Positions 41,806-54,305 of a stretch of DNA of 64,000 nucleotides are shown here, piece after piece. This stretch comes from Octopus sinensis (Eukaryota). Positions within the stretch are counted from its first letter, which is position 1. Each line of letters begins with the position of its first letter. The notes beneath the pieces are model-generated. The model saw only the letters and a list, made by a program, of their open reading frames with translations. It made no database searches and was not told the DNA's origin. The position numbers were made by a program, and so were the translations under genes. The DNA is taken from assembly GCF_006345805.1 (NCBI RefSeq), contig NC_043002.1, positions 47,678,001-47,742,000 on the forward strand. Reading direction: 5' to 3'.

Positions 41806-42956
41806 TAAGAGAAATAAACAATAATGGTTTCAAACATAATTTCTTGTTATTTAAACTTCTATGTGAATGATATATTCCAATTTACATAAATAAGTGTTAT
41901 AAGGAGTAGAAAGTAACATAAAGAAATAGAAAATAACAATAATTTTGTAAAAGCAGTTATTGAAAGAATACAATTTTTTTCTGTTCCTTTACATGAAGCC
42001 ATTTTAGTGATATACTTCTTAAAAACTGAGTTGATCAAAATACTTTTCTCTTTCAGCTGAATGATTAAAAAATATTCCAGAATATTATGCCAAAAGAACA
42101 CTCCAGAAATAGATAAGAAAATAGAAAAGTATTTTGAGATTTCCACTTTCTGCATTTTTTTTGTTTTAAATATAACCTCTTCCTGTCCAAACCCTTCTCT
42201 TCCTACTAAATGCTGTTTGTACATTCCAGTAGCATTGGTTTTTCAGCTGAACTTTTTTTTCCTATTGTATTTCAAAATTTCCCTTTCTATGTGGAGTTTA
42301 AGGATAGGAAGGTATCTAGGAGATCTTTTGATCACCCTATGTATTTATCCAATGGAAGTTCATTCTGAAAGAAAAACAAAAGGAAAATAAAATTCCAAGC
42401 ACTGTATTATGAAGAGATTGAGATAAGCTTAACGGGCAGGAGAAATATTACGTTAATGCAATATAGTAAACTGATCTGCTTGCCCTGTTGTTCAATTTAT
42501 AGTGACCACTGAATATGAACTTTTAAATTAGATTTTATTGCTAGAGTACTTTTAATGTAATCTATCTTAAGGCAATTCTTGTGATGTCTAAAAGATTAAA
42601 AGAAAGTTTAAAGAAATTGTTGATGTTTCTTTACTAAAGATTAAAGCTTGTGATATTAATATAAAAGAAATTTTAGAAATTTTCTGTGTCTTTTTGTGTC
42701 TTGTCTGAAACCATTTAATGAAATCAAATAAGTGAAAAAATTATTGCTTAAAAAAGAGCTAACATTAAACAAAATAGGAAATCTTTTGATAAAAGACCAA
42801 GTAATATTATCATAATACATATACATACATACATACATATAATTATATATATATACGTGTGCATGTGTGTTCAGATATATGCATATGTATGTTTGTATAT
42901 ATTCATTTATATATAAGAAGGGCAATATATAACCCACAACTCCAAATAAAAGATTA

Positions 42957-43134
42957 CAGGGCAGCGTGGTAAGAAGCTTGCTTCTCAACCACATGGTTCT
43001 GAGTTCAGTCCCGCAGCATGGCACCTTGGGTAAGTGTCTTCTACTAAAACCTTGAGTCAATCAAGCCCCTTTTTTAAGTGGATTTCACTGACAGAAACTG
43101 AAAGAGACCTGTTGTGTGTGTGTGCGTAAATATA

Positions 43135-43166
<32 letters not shown>

Positions 43167-43202
43167 CATACATATATACACACACACACACACACACAAT
43201 AT

Positions 43203-43250
<48 letters not shown>

Positions 43251-43560
43251 GATGTGAAGACACATGGCTCAGTGGTTAGAGTGTCGAACTTACGATCGTG
43301 AGGTTGTGAGTTCGAATCCCGGGCTGGGTTGTTTGTTGTGTTCTTGAGCAAGACACTTTATTTCAAGTTGCTCCAGTTCACTCAGCTGTAGAAATCAGTT
43401 GGCCCCTTTGCATTTCCTTTGGATAACACTGGTGGTGTGGAGAGGGGAGGCCAGTATGCATGGGCGACTGCTTATCTTCCATAAACAATCTTGCCCGGAC
43501 TTGTGTTTCGGAGGGTAACTTTCTAGGTGCAATCCCATGGTTAGCCATGACCAAAGAGGG

Positions 43561-43624
<64 letters not shown>

Positions 43625-44292
43625 GTATATATATATACAAGTGTGTGTGTCTTTGTATCTGTGTTTGTCCCCCACAACTGCCTGACAACCAGTGTTGGTG
43701 TGTTTACATCCCCATAAATTAGCAGTTTGCCACTAGAAATTCATAGAATAAATATCAGGCTTGTAAAAAAAAATGAGAAGTTCAACTAAATGAGCTGTAA
43801 TAATGCCCTCTATATAATAAAAATAAATATATTTAAGTGAAAAAAATTGATGCATTTTTTTTTCTCTTATGAGGTTTTTCACACTAACTACTTGATAAGT
43901 TCTTATAAAGATTTTATCCTATATATATGTATGTACATACATATATGCACATATTTATGTATAACATACATTAGAGGATTGTGAATCATCTACTATAGTT
44001 TCTAGTTGCCCAATGCCTTCTCAGTGAGCTTAGTAGTCAGAAAGTGTGTGGAAGTCTGTTGAACTTATATATATATATATATATTTGGTATATCTATGGA
44101 AATGAGACTTTGTGTCTGTGTCCCTACTCCCACTGGATAACCCATGTTGATTTCCATTACTTTGCAGTTTGGTAAGTATACAATAAGTATCAGACTTAAA
44201 AATAGTTACTAGGATCAATTTGTTTGACTAAAATCTTTCAAGGCTGTGTCTCAGTGTGACTGCAGTCCAATAACTGAAACAAGTAAAAGAAA
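42957..44292 (+). mobile_element. SINE family A copy split into three pieces by later insertions
   Basis: 5' part ~42957-43115, middle part ~43640-43770, 3' end ~44205-44292 (ends actgaaacaagtaaaaga). The order matches the intact copy at 7148-7553. Confidence 0.7.
43255..43564 (+). mobile_element. tRNA-derived SINE (family B) with Pol III A and B boxes
   Basis: A box tggctcagtgg (43265-43275) and B box gttcgaatcc (43310-43319), followed by a non-tRNA body (gttcttgagcaagacacttt...). Flanked by (TA)n. Confidence 0.8.
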
Positions 44293-44936
44293 TTAATACA
44301 TATATATGTATATATTTCATGAAAAAACTCTGTTTAACAATATTATCTCTATTGGAAGCCATTGTCCTTAATGAGTCATCAGTTGTCTGATGGACTGAAT
44401 TTGATGGACTGTTCATGAGTTAAGAGGCTGACAGCTCATTAATCTTTATGAATAATTCTAGTATCAGTATCTTTATGAATAATTCTAGTAGTATCAGCAT
44501 CTATACATATATATATATATAGATGGACCACCAGCCTACACGATTACACACACTAATGGGGATATGGCAGACAGGTTGATCATGTGGTCATGAATGACAT
44601 AAAATTTTGGGAAAGCTTGGGAGAACGTTTTATTTTTTACCATAGCCTTGAGTCAAACTGGGAAGAAAGAAGCTGTGAGGAAGCCTGTCAGAGGGATATA
44701 CTTATATATAATATAATATAATATATCTATTATAAACCTTTTTTTCCACAAGTCCTTACCTGATATGCATGTGTGTCTGTGTGCATGTGCATATAAATAT
44801 ACACATATAGACAAACACACATCACATGTATTTCATAATATATATATATATATACATATACAGAGATTTATTCACAAGTATACATATCCATATGTATGTA
44901 TGTGTATATGTGTGTGTGCATAAACACATATACATA

Positions 44937-44980
<44 letters not shown>

Positions 44981-45719
44981 TTCTTTAACTGTAGAGCTAT
45001 ATACTATGGGCATGCTGTTTCCTCTCTGTATTTTATATTGTGCGTGAGGTACTATGGCTATTGCTTGTACAATAGCCACTGTACCTCACAGCTGGAAAGT
45101 CTTGTAGTTCCTCTACTGAGGCACTCTCGGCATCCTTGATTCTCCACTTCATATCACTAACCCCTTTTCCTAGTCATTCTTTCCCAGAACATTGGCTCCC
45201 TAGAATATCCTTGCACATGTTTTTGCTGTAGATATGGACCTGCAACAGCTTAAATGAAACGTTAACAACATCACCTTCACTGGTCTCAGTGGTCCTGCAA
45301 AGATTATGAGTACTACCCTTACCTTCAGACTAAGCAAGTTAAAAAAACTTATCTGAGCTTTTCATATCAAACTAGTTTCATTAGTGTAATGCACAAAACT
45401 CTTGGAACTTGAGTCACTTAAGTAGCATGACAGCAGAACAAAAAGTACTATGTGTACGAGTGTGTGTGTGTGTGCGCGCGCATGCGTATATATATATATA
45501 TATGTATGTATGTTCCACATACTATTAGTTAAAAAAAAAAAAACTAAGAACATATTCAGTTATGTATTGTATGAGGCAGGATCACATTATTTATTTAAAG
45601 CATTTATTTCGAAACTGTTAGAGTCCTGATTCTATGCCAAACTGAGACAAAAATGACTTACTAATCATACAAATGAGCCTTATGAATAATATGTGTGTGC
45701 ATGTGTGTATGTGTGTGCT

Positions 45720-45890
45720 CAGGCATGACTGTCTGTTCAAGAAGTGTTCTTCTAAATCATGTGATTTGATGTTCAATCCTACAGTCTGGTGCACTGGGCA
45801 CGTCTCTTTTTACTATAGCTACAGGACAACCAAAACCTTGTAAGTGGATATGGCAGATGGAAACTGAAAGAAGTCTCTTATATGTGTGTG
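45720..45890 (+). mobile_element. SINE family A, diverged 5' fragment
   Basis: ...ccaaaaccttgtaagtggatatggcagatggaaactgaaagaag matches 43060-43110. Confidence 0.6.
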
Positions 45891-46314
45891 TGTGTAAATA
45901 TTTATATTAATATAAGTGGGTGTGTCTGTGATTGTATGTCTATGTGAGTTCATATTTCTCCTAATCTCCATGTATGTTCACTGGTTTTAAACAATGGCCT
46001 TGCTGTTTGTGCAGACAGTGTTTCTTCATGATTGTTCAGCATGATGATTGTTTAGGCTCCTTGACATATCTTAACTCATTCACACAGTGTCATTTGCTTT
46101 CACCTTTCTGCATAACAATGTCTGGGATGTTTGTGGATTGATTGACTGGGAGATTATTTCCTCACTTAGCAACAAGTGGTAATTATAGTCTGGAGGGACA
46201 TCTAGCTCCAGAAAAATGTGTCCTTATGCATATCCATATGATTCAAAACTTAGTCTGTTAAATGTAATGAATTTAGGAAGGGCAGAAGAAACAGTGTTTA
46301 GGTATAATAGATTC

Positions 46315-46500
46315 ATCATAATCATCATTTAATGTCTGCTTTACATGCTGGCATGGGTCGGATGGTTTGACAGGAGCTGCTGAGTTGGGACTGTGCCAAA
46401 CTTTGTTGTCAGCTTTGCCATAGTCTCTTTAGCTGGATGTCCTTCCTAATACCAATAATTTACAAAGTGTACTGGGTGCTTTTTACAAGGTACCGGCAGC
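46315..46500 (-). mobile_element. RTE 3' tail (diverged)
   Basis: catcatttaatgtctgctttacatgctggcatggg...agctggatgtccttcctaa...gggtgcttttta is homologous to 14555-14720. Confidence 0.7.
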
Positions 46501-46809
46501 AGCAGCATGATGACCAAATAACTTGCAGCATATGACCTCTCAAATGAGGTGGGAGCAATGTTAAATAAGGTGGCTTTGTGTCAGGCAATGAGAAGTTGGA
46601 ATATGAAAAATATAGAAACTTGTGTCTTGCAGTTGAGGAGATACATGGCTATCTCAACTGGAAAAAGAGATGAGAGAGAGGGAGAGGGAGAGGGAGAGGG
46701 AGAGAGAGAGAGAGACGATGGTGAAGAAAAGAGGTGTTGCAGTGCATTCTCAAGTTATAGGCTAAGCAAAATAGTACAGAGAATTCGATAGGGTGAGTGG
46801 ATAGTAAGT

Positions 46810-48300
46810 TTGCTCTCCACCAGATATTTTAAGCATCTTGGTGGTAATCCCTGATGGACCAAGGGTTTTCCCTATTTTCATATTCTTAATTGCATTATCT
46901 ATCATATTACTGTCAATTTGGATAGTTGGTCATTCTGTCACATTAGGAAAGACTCTCCTTCTCCCATGCAATATCAACGTTTAGCAGCCTTTCATAGTGG
47001 TGCTTCTATGCCTCATTCTTTTCAGAATCACTAGATGCAGATATATCATCATTTATTTGTACACACTTCTCTCCTATAATCCCTTGATTTTCTCTGACAT
47101 ACTGTCCTGCAATCCAGGACACCTCACACTGGAGAACACTGGAAAAACTTTTTCTTTTCTGCACCTCCTATCACATAGCTTCTTTTAAGGTTACCTGGTA
47201 CTGTTCTCTGCTACCATTTTAATTCTTCCAGGGCTGTTCCTTTGCTTTTATGCCTCTGACTATATTCAACCACTATGTCACTCTTGGTTTGACTGGAACT
47301 TTGCACCAGCAACCGATTTAGTCTATAGCCCTTGGTAGGTTGTCCTGTAGCAACTTCCAGTTATCCTCTGTTATATGTTGTTACCCAGTCCTCCTTCTCA
47401 TCAAATACTTCAATTAGGACATCTCTAAAGCACTAACTATTGTATATATCCTTAAGTTTCTTATTTTCCTTTTCTAGACTGGCTTGATTCTTTGGGTCTT
47501 CTAGCTCAATATCTAAAGTGGTTAACAACTAATGTACGTGGAGAAGTACACTCTTTACCTGCAAAGATCTTGGTAATTATGAGCATCCATCTATTCTGCT
47601 TTCTGGTCAGAACATTGTCAATATGACTTGTATGGCCACCAGATTGATAGATGATAAGGTGACTGACTGGCTTCCTGAAGTTAGTGTTGCAGATCGTTAG
47701 GTTGTCCACAAAGTCTTCTCTTCTCATTTCGGGAACCAAATCCATAGCTTGCATGTACGCCATGAAAGTCATCAGGATGCTACCCAACATGACAATCGAA
47801 ATCCCTAACCATAAGTATACAGTCACTGCCATTTATCATCAAGGCAGTGTGCAAAAGAGCATCATAAAATCTAAAAGTCTTGGTTGAGGAGCATAGGCAA
47901 TGATAATAGTTGCTGTTGTACTTTACAAAATTTGTCTAAGCATAAGTATTCTATGGCATACTCTGACTGCTTTGATCACTATATCAACCATTTGGGGATA
48001 TAAATATATCCACACACCTATGCCATCACTATTGCCTTCCCAGAAGATTTTATGCTCATGTTCTTTGCCTGTGAGGAACCAAACTGAGGCCCCTCTCCAT
48101 CTCACTTCTGGCATGCAGTGCACATGTACACACCTCCGGATTAGCATTTCAGCAATCTCCTCAGACATATGCCCCAATGTGTCTTCATTGATTGTGCCTG
48201 CTCAGAGGATGCAAATGGGGTGGAAAGAGTGAATAGGAAGATGAAGGTAGGGCAGCATTCAACACCTGAAAGGGAGGAAGTTTGCAGGGACATTTGCCAG
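46810..48300 (-). mobile_element. Old RTE LINE 5' half: AP-endonuclease, linker and start of RT
   Basis: EVRWRGAS...KIFWEGNSDG...KAVRVCHRIL, ICNTNFRKPVSHLIIYQSGGHTSHIDNVL and TIQIDSNMIDNAIKNMKIGKTLGPSGIT; the last is homologous to the young copy's AIQIDSSLVVKAIKDMKPGKAPGLSGIT. Confidence 0.85.
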
Positions 48301-51076
48301 CAGGCATATCAGTTACCCAGTCAGTTATAAGATATTCGATATCCCTGCATGCCTAAGCCACCATTTGCTTAGATACTCAAACATTCAAGGCCAAGAAGTT
48401 AGAGAGAGAGAGTCAGAAAAAGAGATTAAGAAATAAGAAAAAAGGGGTGGGGAGGACAGGTTTCGTGTATGTCTAGCATTATTATGGTGGCATGGGAGGA
48501 ACAAGGGAGTGAAAATATTGTGATGACAGTTGTAAAGATTGAGAAAATGGGTGAGTTGCAGGGCTTTTTGAGTGAAATTGATATATTACATATTTAAAGA
48601 TAGAAATGGGCAACAACTCAGCTTTAACTTCATCAATAATTCGTACCATGCAGCTAACAAACAAATGGGCAAATTTCCACATGTGTGATTTTCATTATGT
48701 AAAGGAAGCCAGAAAACAGGAAGAATTAGCATGAAAACCAACAGACTTAAAACATTACAGCTCTTAAATACATACAAATAACCAATTCAGTTCATACATA
48801 CCGTATATACTGGTGAATAAAGTGACCCCAGAATTTCCTTTTAAAATCAAGGCTTTAACCAACACTTGCTATTAAGACAACCTAGCAATATTTCCCTCTT
48901 GACGAAGTGTCTGGAGATGTGTGAGGTAGTGTCTGATGACTCAGCCACAGGTGGAATGTCATCCTTATCGCCAAATATTTTTACCCAAAGTTTTATTTGA
49001 TATATAGTGATACACTGCACGTTTTTGTCTTTAATTTGTAAACTCTATCGGTAGGATGATGTTCAGATTGTCTTAAAGTACTGGGAACCACGAGTTTTAT
49101 TGTGACTGACCAATTGCAATAAAAAAGAGTACAAACTCGAAATTTTAGCACAACTGCAGCTGACCTGAAAACCATCGGCTAGTCAAGCACCCTGACAAAG
49201 CCATGAGAAAGTACTATGATGAGTGTAAACAGAATGCATTGTGGAACAGTTTTCAGTAGAAAATATTAAGTGGTAAGACCGTGGAAGCTTTGCAAATATT
49301 TTATACTGTTCTCCATCACCATTGGTGATACTCTAAACTACAGCTTGTTATGAGTTGGCCTTTATACTCAGTGATTGAGATGCCTCTTTGGCTGTGGTGC
49401 TATTTTTAAGGCTTAAATTCTATTCTGAACACCAACATGTATGGTATTGTGTGAGAAAATTGGTATGTTCTGGAAAGATAGAGACTAGTAAAGTCCAGAG
49501 GATTATGAATGATTGAGTGAGAAATGGCTGAGCTACTCAGCTTAGACTCTATTAGTATTTTGTACCATGAAGCTAACAAGCTACTGCATGCAAATTTAAA
49601 TTTGAATTACATGATCCTGTACATTCCTTTAAGAATGATAAAACGCATTAAGAATGAAAAAAATCCCTCAATAACTTAATTCATTTAGGATCTCAAGACA
49701 AGGAATATCATGGTCAATAACAGGTACTGTACGTCTGTACAAAGGGGCAAAATGGGTCAGTGTAATATATGTTCTATGGGGGTACTAGAAATCCTTAAAC
49801 ATAAGTCTAATCTTATTTATAAATGCAATGAATTATTGATCCAGTGTTACCACCAGTTCAATGAACCATTCTTCATGTCAACTTCAGTTTTATCACTGGC
49901 GAATCTATGTAATGTAACTTAGCAATTGATTTAGTTCAATTATAAATTATTTCACAATACTTATAACAATCTCATAAACTATATACCATATATATATATT
50001 TTTACTCCTTGTTCATATCTCTGTTTTTCTTTTAAGTCTTATTTCTATTTTGGTATTTTTTCTCACACTTTCATCTTCCCTTTTGTGGTGTCATTCTAAG
50101 AATAAATAGCAGTAAACCTCTTTAAACATTTTTGCGTCTATTCCAGACGTTTTATCTCCCTATCTTTAGTATGTCATCAATAAATTAGAAAGTTCCTGAC
50201 CTGTCAATATTTTAGCCTTAACTGTTTACAATTAACTTAATGTTGGGAAAACTAACAAGATAATCTGTCTCTATAGACTTCCAGCTTGAGTGAATTCCTA
50301 ATAGTGTGACAACCAGCTGTTTATAATTTATTGCTCTAGCTTCTATACTCCTTCCTCTTTCATTATATACAATAGACTAAATTCTGATATGTGTTAATTT
50401 TGTAACTAGTCTGAAGAAATGATTAGAAAGAGGGTCATTTAATATGGGTTTACATAATTTTTACATATATATATATCAATCCATCATATTGCTAAACAAA
50501 AAATTCTAATGAATATTGAAATGATAATCACTGATCATTTCAATAATCTTATTGCTTTAGGAATAATCTGACTGGTTGAAGAATGTAATCTGTTCCTTTG
50601 CTTACTTTAATACTCTGCAATAAATGTACTAGCCTAATAATTGGTACATTCCTTTGGATTTACAACATGTATGGAATGTTAGTGAGATTAAATGAACATC
50701 TTTTTCCTATACTATTCCCCATTCATCCTTAAATCAAGATTTTGCAAGGAAAGCTGTCAATGGTGCTCATTTGGATTTCCTAAAATCCTAATTTACACAC
50801 ACACACATATTTTGTATATGCATATATATAAATATATATATATATATAATATATATATATATAATATATATATATATACACACACATATATATATATATA
50901 GAGAGAGAGAGAGCGCGAGAGACATACCTATCCATCTATCCATCCATCCATCAATATATATATATATATATACATGCATATTTACATATATGTATCCTTT
51001 CTTTCTTTTCTTTTACTTGTTTCAGTCATTTGACTTCAGCCATATATGTATATCTATATCTATCTATATATATATA

Positions 51077-51258
51077 TTGCAGGTGGCACGTAAAAAGCAC
51101 CCACTACACTCATGGAGTGGTTAGCGTTAGGAAGGGCATCCAGCTGTAGAAACATTGCCAGATAAGACCGGAGCCTGGTGCAGCCTTCTGGCTTCCCAGA
51201 TCCCCGGTCGAACCGTCCAACCCATGCTAGCATGGAGAATGGACGTTAAACGATGATC
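51077..51258 (+). mobile_element. RTE 3'-tail element (truncated LINE or partner SINE)
   Basis: ggtggcacgtaaaaagcacccactacactc...aggaagggcatccagctgtagaaac...ggacgttaaacgatgat. Confidence 0.85.
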
Positions 51259-51292
51259 ATTGAAACATATGTGTATATATATATATATACAT

Positions 51293-51359
<67 letters not shown>

Positions 51360-52055
51360 TGTGTGTGTGTGTGTGTGTATGCATGTGAGTGTGTATGTTT
51401 GTTAATATGCATCTGTGCATGTGTCTATATACAGATACCCATATTTATTGACCCTTAATATTTAGTTTGGAACAATATTGTTCTGAAGTCTATTAATATT
51501 TCAAGATAAATTTTAATCACTGTCTTGAAAGGAATCTATTCAATACACATGCAAACAGGCACACAACAAACTTATATGTTCACACTCATTTGCTCACTCG
51601 AGAAAAAGAGAGAGAGAGAGAGTGAGAGAGAATAAGAGAAAAGTATGTTAATTGTATTGGCATTGACAAATGGGAATACAAAACTCAGAATAGAGATGAA
51701 AAGAAACTTTGGTTTAAAATATACTCTAGCTTTGCTTTGAGTGCTTTTTTCCTGTTTTAGGTACATAACTTCTGTGATGGTTTCAGCATTAATTCAAGCT
51801 TTGTGAGTGAAATCAGGCATGATGGATCCATAATTGAAAGGCTCTCTTTGACAAATACAATCTTATGCTGAGTCTTCTACAGAAATATATTAAGAGACAA
51901 GTGTAGTGAAACACCCAGCCAGTCACACTTTAATACAATGATATTAGAGCTGCTATTGATCAAACAATGGTAACATTCATGATCAAAATAGATACTCAAC
52001 CAATTATATTAATGTTATCATGTACATTTTAATTCTCACTATTGAATCTGGTTTA

Positions 52056-52282
52056 TATAAGGAAGCACCCAAAAGAAACCGGAATTTTGCAATATTATTT
52101 CATTCACTTACAGTTTTACATGTTTACACTTTTATCACCTTCAAAGAATTCTCCATTTGAAGCAATGCATTGATCCAAGTTCATTTTTCACTATTTGAAG
52201 CAGTGCTGGAACTCTTGTGAAGTGATGCCTTTTAAACACCTCCAACATCTTTTTCTTCACCTCTTCCACATCTGCAAATTCC
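52056..52282 (-). mobile_element. Mariner 3'-end fragment from a second family
   Basis: Minus strand gives FADVEEVKKKMLE...EFQHCFK...QCIASNGEFFEGDK, a typical mariner C-terminus, with a TIR-like end near 52056. Confidence 0.65.
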
Positions 52283-53506
52283 ATAACTCATATTAGAGCG
52301 AGCTCCTCTTGTGAGGTATTGTTTTTTAAAATTTTGCTTGTCGTCGTTTTTAAGTTCAAACCTCCAAGATAATATGTCACCATCTCATCCATGTTTTTCT
52401 CTTTTGCAGATTATTTAGTGCTTCTTTATCCATGTTTCATCCTCCATATGCAACACATGTTCATACCAGTCCAGTCCAGTCCAAACTTCTCCCTTAAACA
52501 CTTCCTTTCATTCTTCTCATACTCAGTTTTTCTGCTTGCCCATTTGTGCTCTGTTACTTATGTATACTGATGTTAAACATCTGATTACACACTCCTTATT
52601 TCTTTTTATCTTTGACACATTGTCTACATTTGCTGCCAATAGTTTTACTACCAAGCAACATCATATGTCAAGCATATTTGTATACCACTTTTTATTTAGG
52701 GTTGCAACTGCTCCTTCTCTTCTTGTATGGTTACCTTCACTGTAGCTTGTAGAGTCCTCATCTCCTCCAACCAGTTTATTATTTTGAATTTCTGTATTCC
52801 TAGATGAGTTGGATTCTCTGCAATTAGTGGAGTTGATGTCATTCCTATACTGAATATTATAAACTCATGTAACTATCATCATTAACATTCTATGCTCCCT
52901 AAAGTCTTACTGGGAGATACTAAGTTCAAGTGATATTAGGTGAACATTGCAGACTATACGTTTAAAAAAGATTTTTAGGTTAGAGAGAGAGAGAGAAAGA
53001 GCAAAAGAGAATGAAAGAGAGAGAGAAAGAATAAAAGAAAGCATGAAAAAGAGACAGAGAGTGAAAGAGAGTGTGTGTGTGAGAGAGAGAGAAAGAGTTT
53101 TCATATGAACTATCATGTTTTCACAACCCAATAGTAAGATCATCGATATAATTTCTAGCAATCAAAAGAGGCCCTTAGTAATGATAGAGTAATAATAACA
53201 ACAGAGTAACAGAAATAATCATTCACTTTCTTTAAACACAGTACACTTGTTTGCTGTAGTTTGCTTGAGAAATGGTGAATAATATATCACATTCATGAAT
53301 CATCAGAACTAAATATGTCTGAATTATTGTTCAAATGATTTTCAGAGGAAGTTCCTGAGATACAAGGAAACAGAAAGAGAGGGAGAGTGAGAGAAACATA
53401 TATAGAATGAGAGGAGGAGCTGAGAAAGAACAACTATATACATACCTGCATCTATACATACATACATAAACACACACATAAATATGTAAATAAGCACATG
53501 TATGTG

Positions 53507-53510
<4 letters not shown>

Positions 53511-53550
<40 letters not shown>

Positions 53551-53712
53551 CCTTTATATAAGGTTATAATAAATCTCTGAGACATCTCCAGCTGGCTAAT
53601 GACACACATTCTGGAGGGGACATCTTCCTGGGGCTATAAACATCAGTAGCATTGTCTGTAGCATATATATATATATATATTTATATATATATGCATATAC
53701 ACACACACACAC

Positions 53713-53746
<34 letters not shown>

Positions 53747-53799
53747 ATATACATACATATATATATAATATATATGTACATGTATATATATACATATAC

Positions 53800-53830
<31 letters not shown>

Positions 53831-53846
53831 CACATATATGTGTATA

Positions 53847-53891
<45 letters not shown>

Positions 53892-54044
53892 TATATATAC
53901 ACATATATATACATATATATAATACATATATGTGTATATATACATATATATATACATATATGTGTATATATACATACATATATATATATATACATACATA
54001 TATATACATATATGTGCATATATATATATACATATATGTGCATA

Positions 54045-54085
<41 letters not shown>

Positions 54086-54245
54086 ATACATATATATATA
54101 TACATATATATATATACACATATATGTGTATATATATGTATATATATATATATATACATATATGTGCATATATATATATACATATATATGTGTGTGTGTA
54201 TATATGTGCATATATATACATATGTATGTGTGTATATATACATAT

Positions 54246-54304
<59 letters not shown>
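53511..54304. repeat. Complex (CA)n/(TA)n/(TG)n microsatellite
   Basis: Direct inspection; includes a short non-repetitive island at ~53550-53660. Confidence 0.9.

Positions 54305-54305
<1 letters not shown>

Noticed and set aside
43261-43335. tRNA gene
   Set aside because: A and B boxes are present, but no acceptor-stem closure is evident and the sequence continues into a SINE body.
45045-45066. let-7 family microRNA (starts UGAGGUA)
   Set aside because: The seed would be GAGGUAC rather than GAGGUAG, and the remainder does not resemble let-7.
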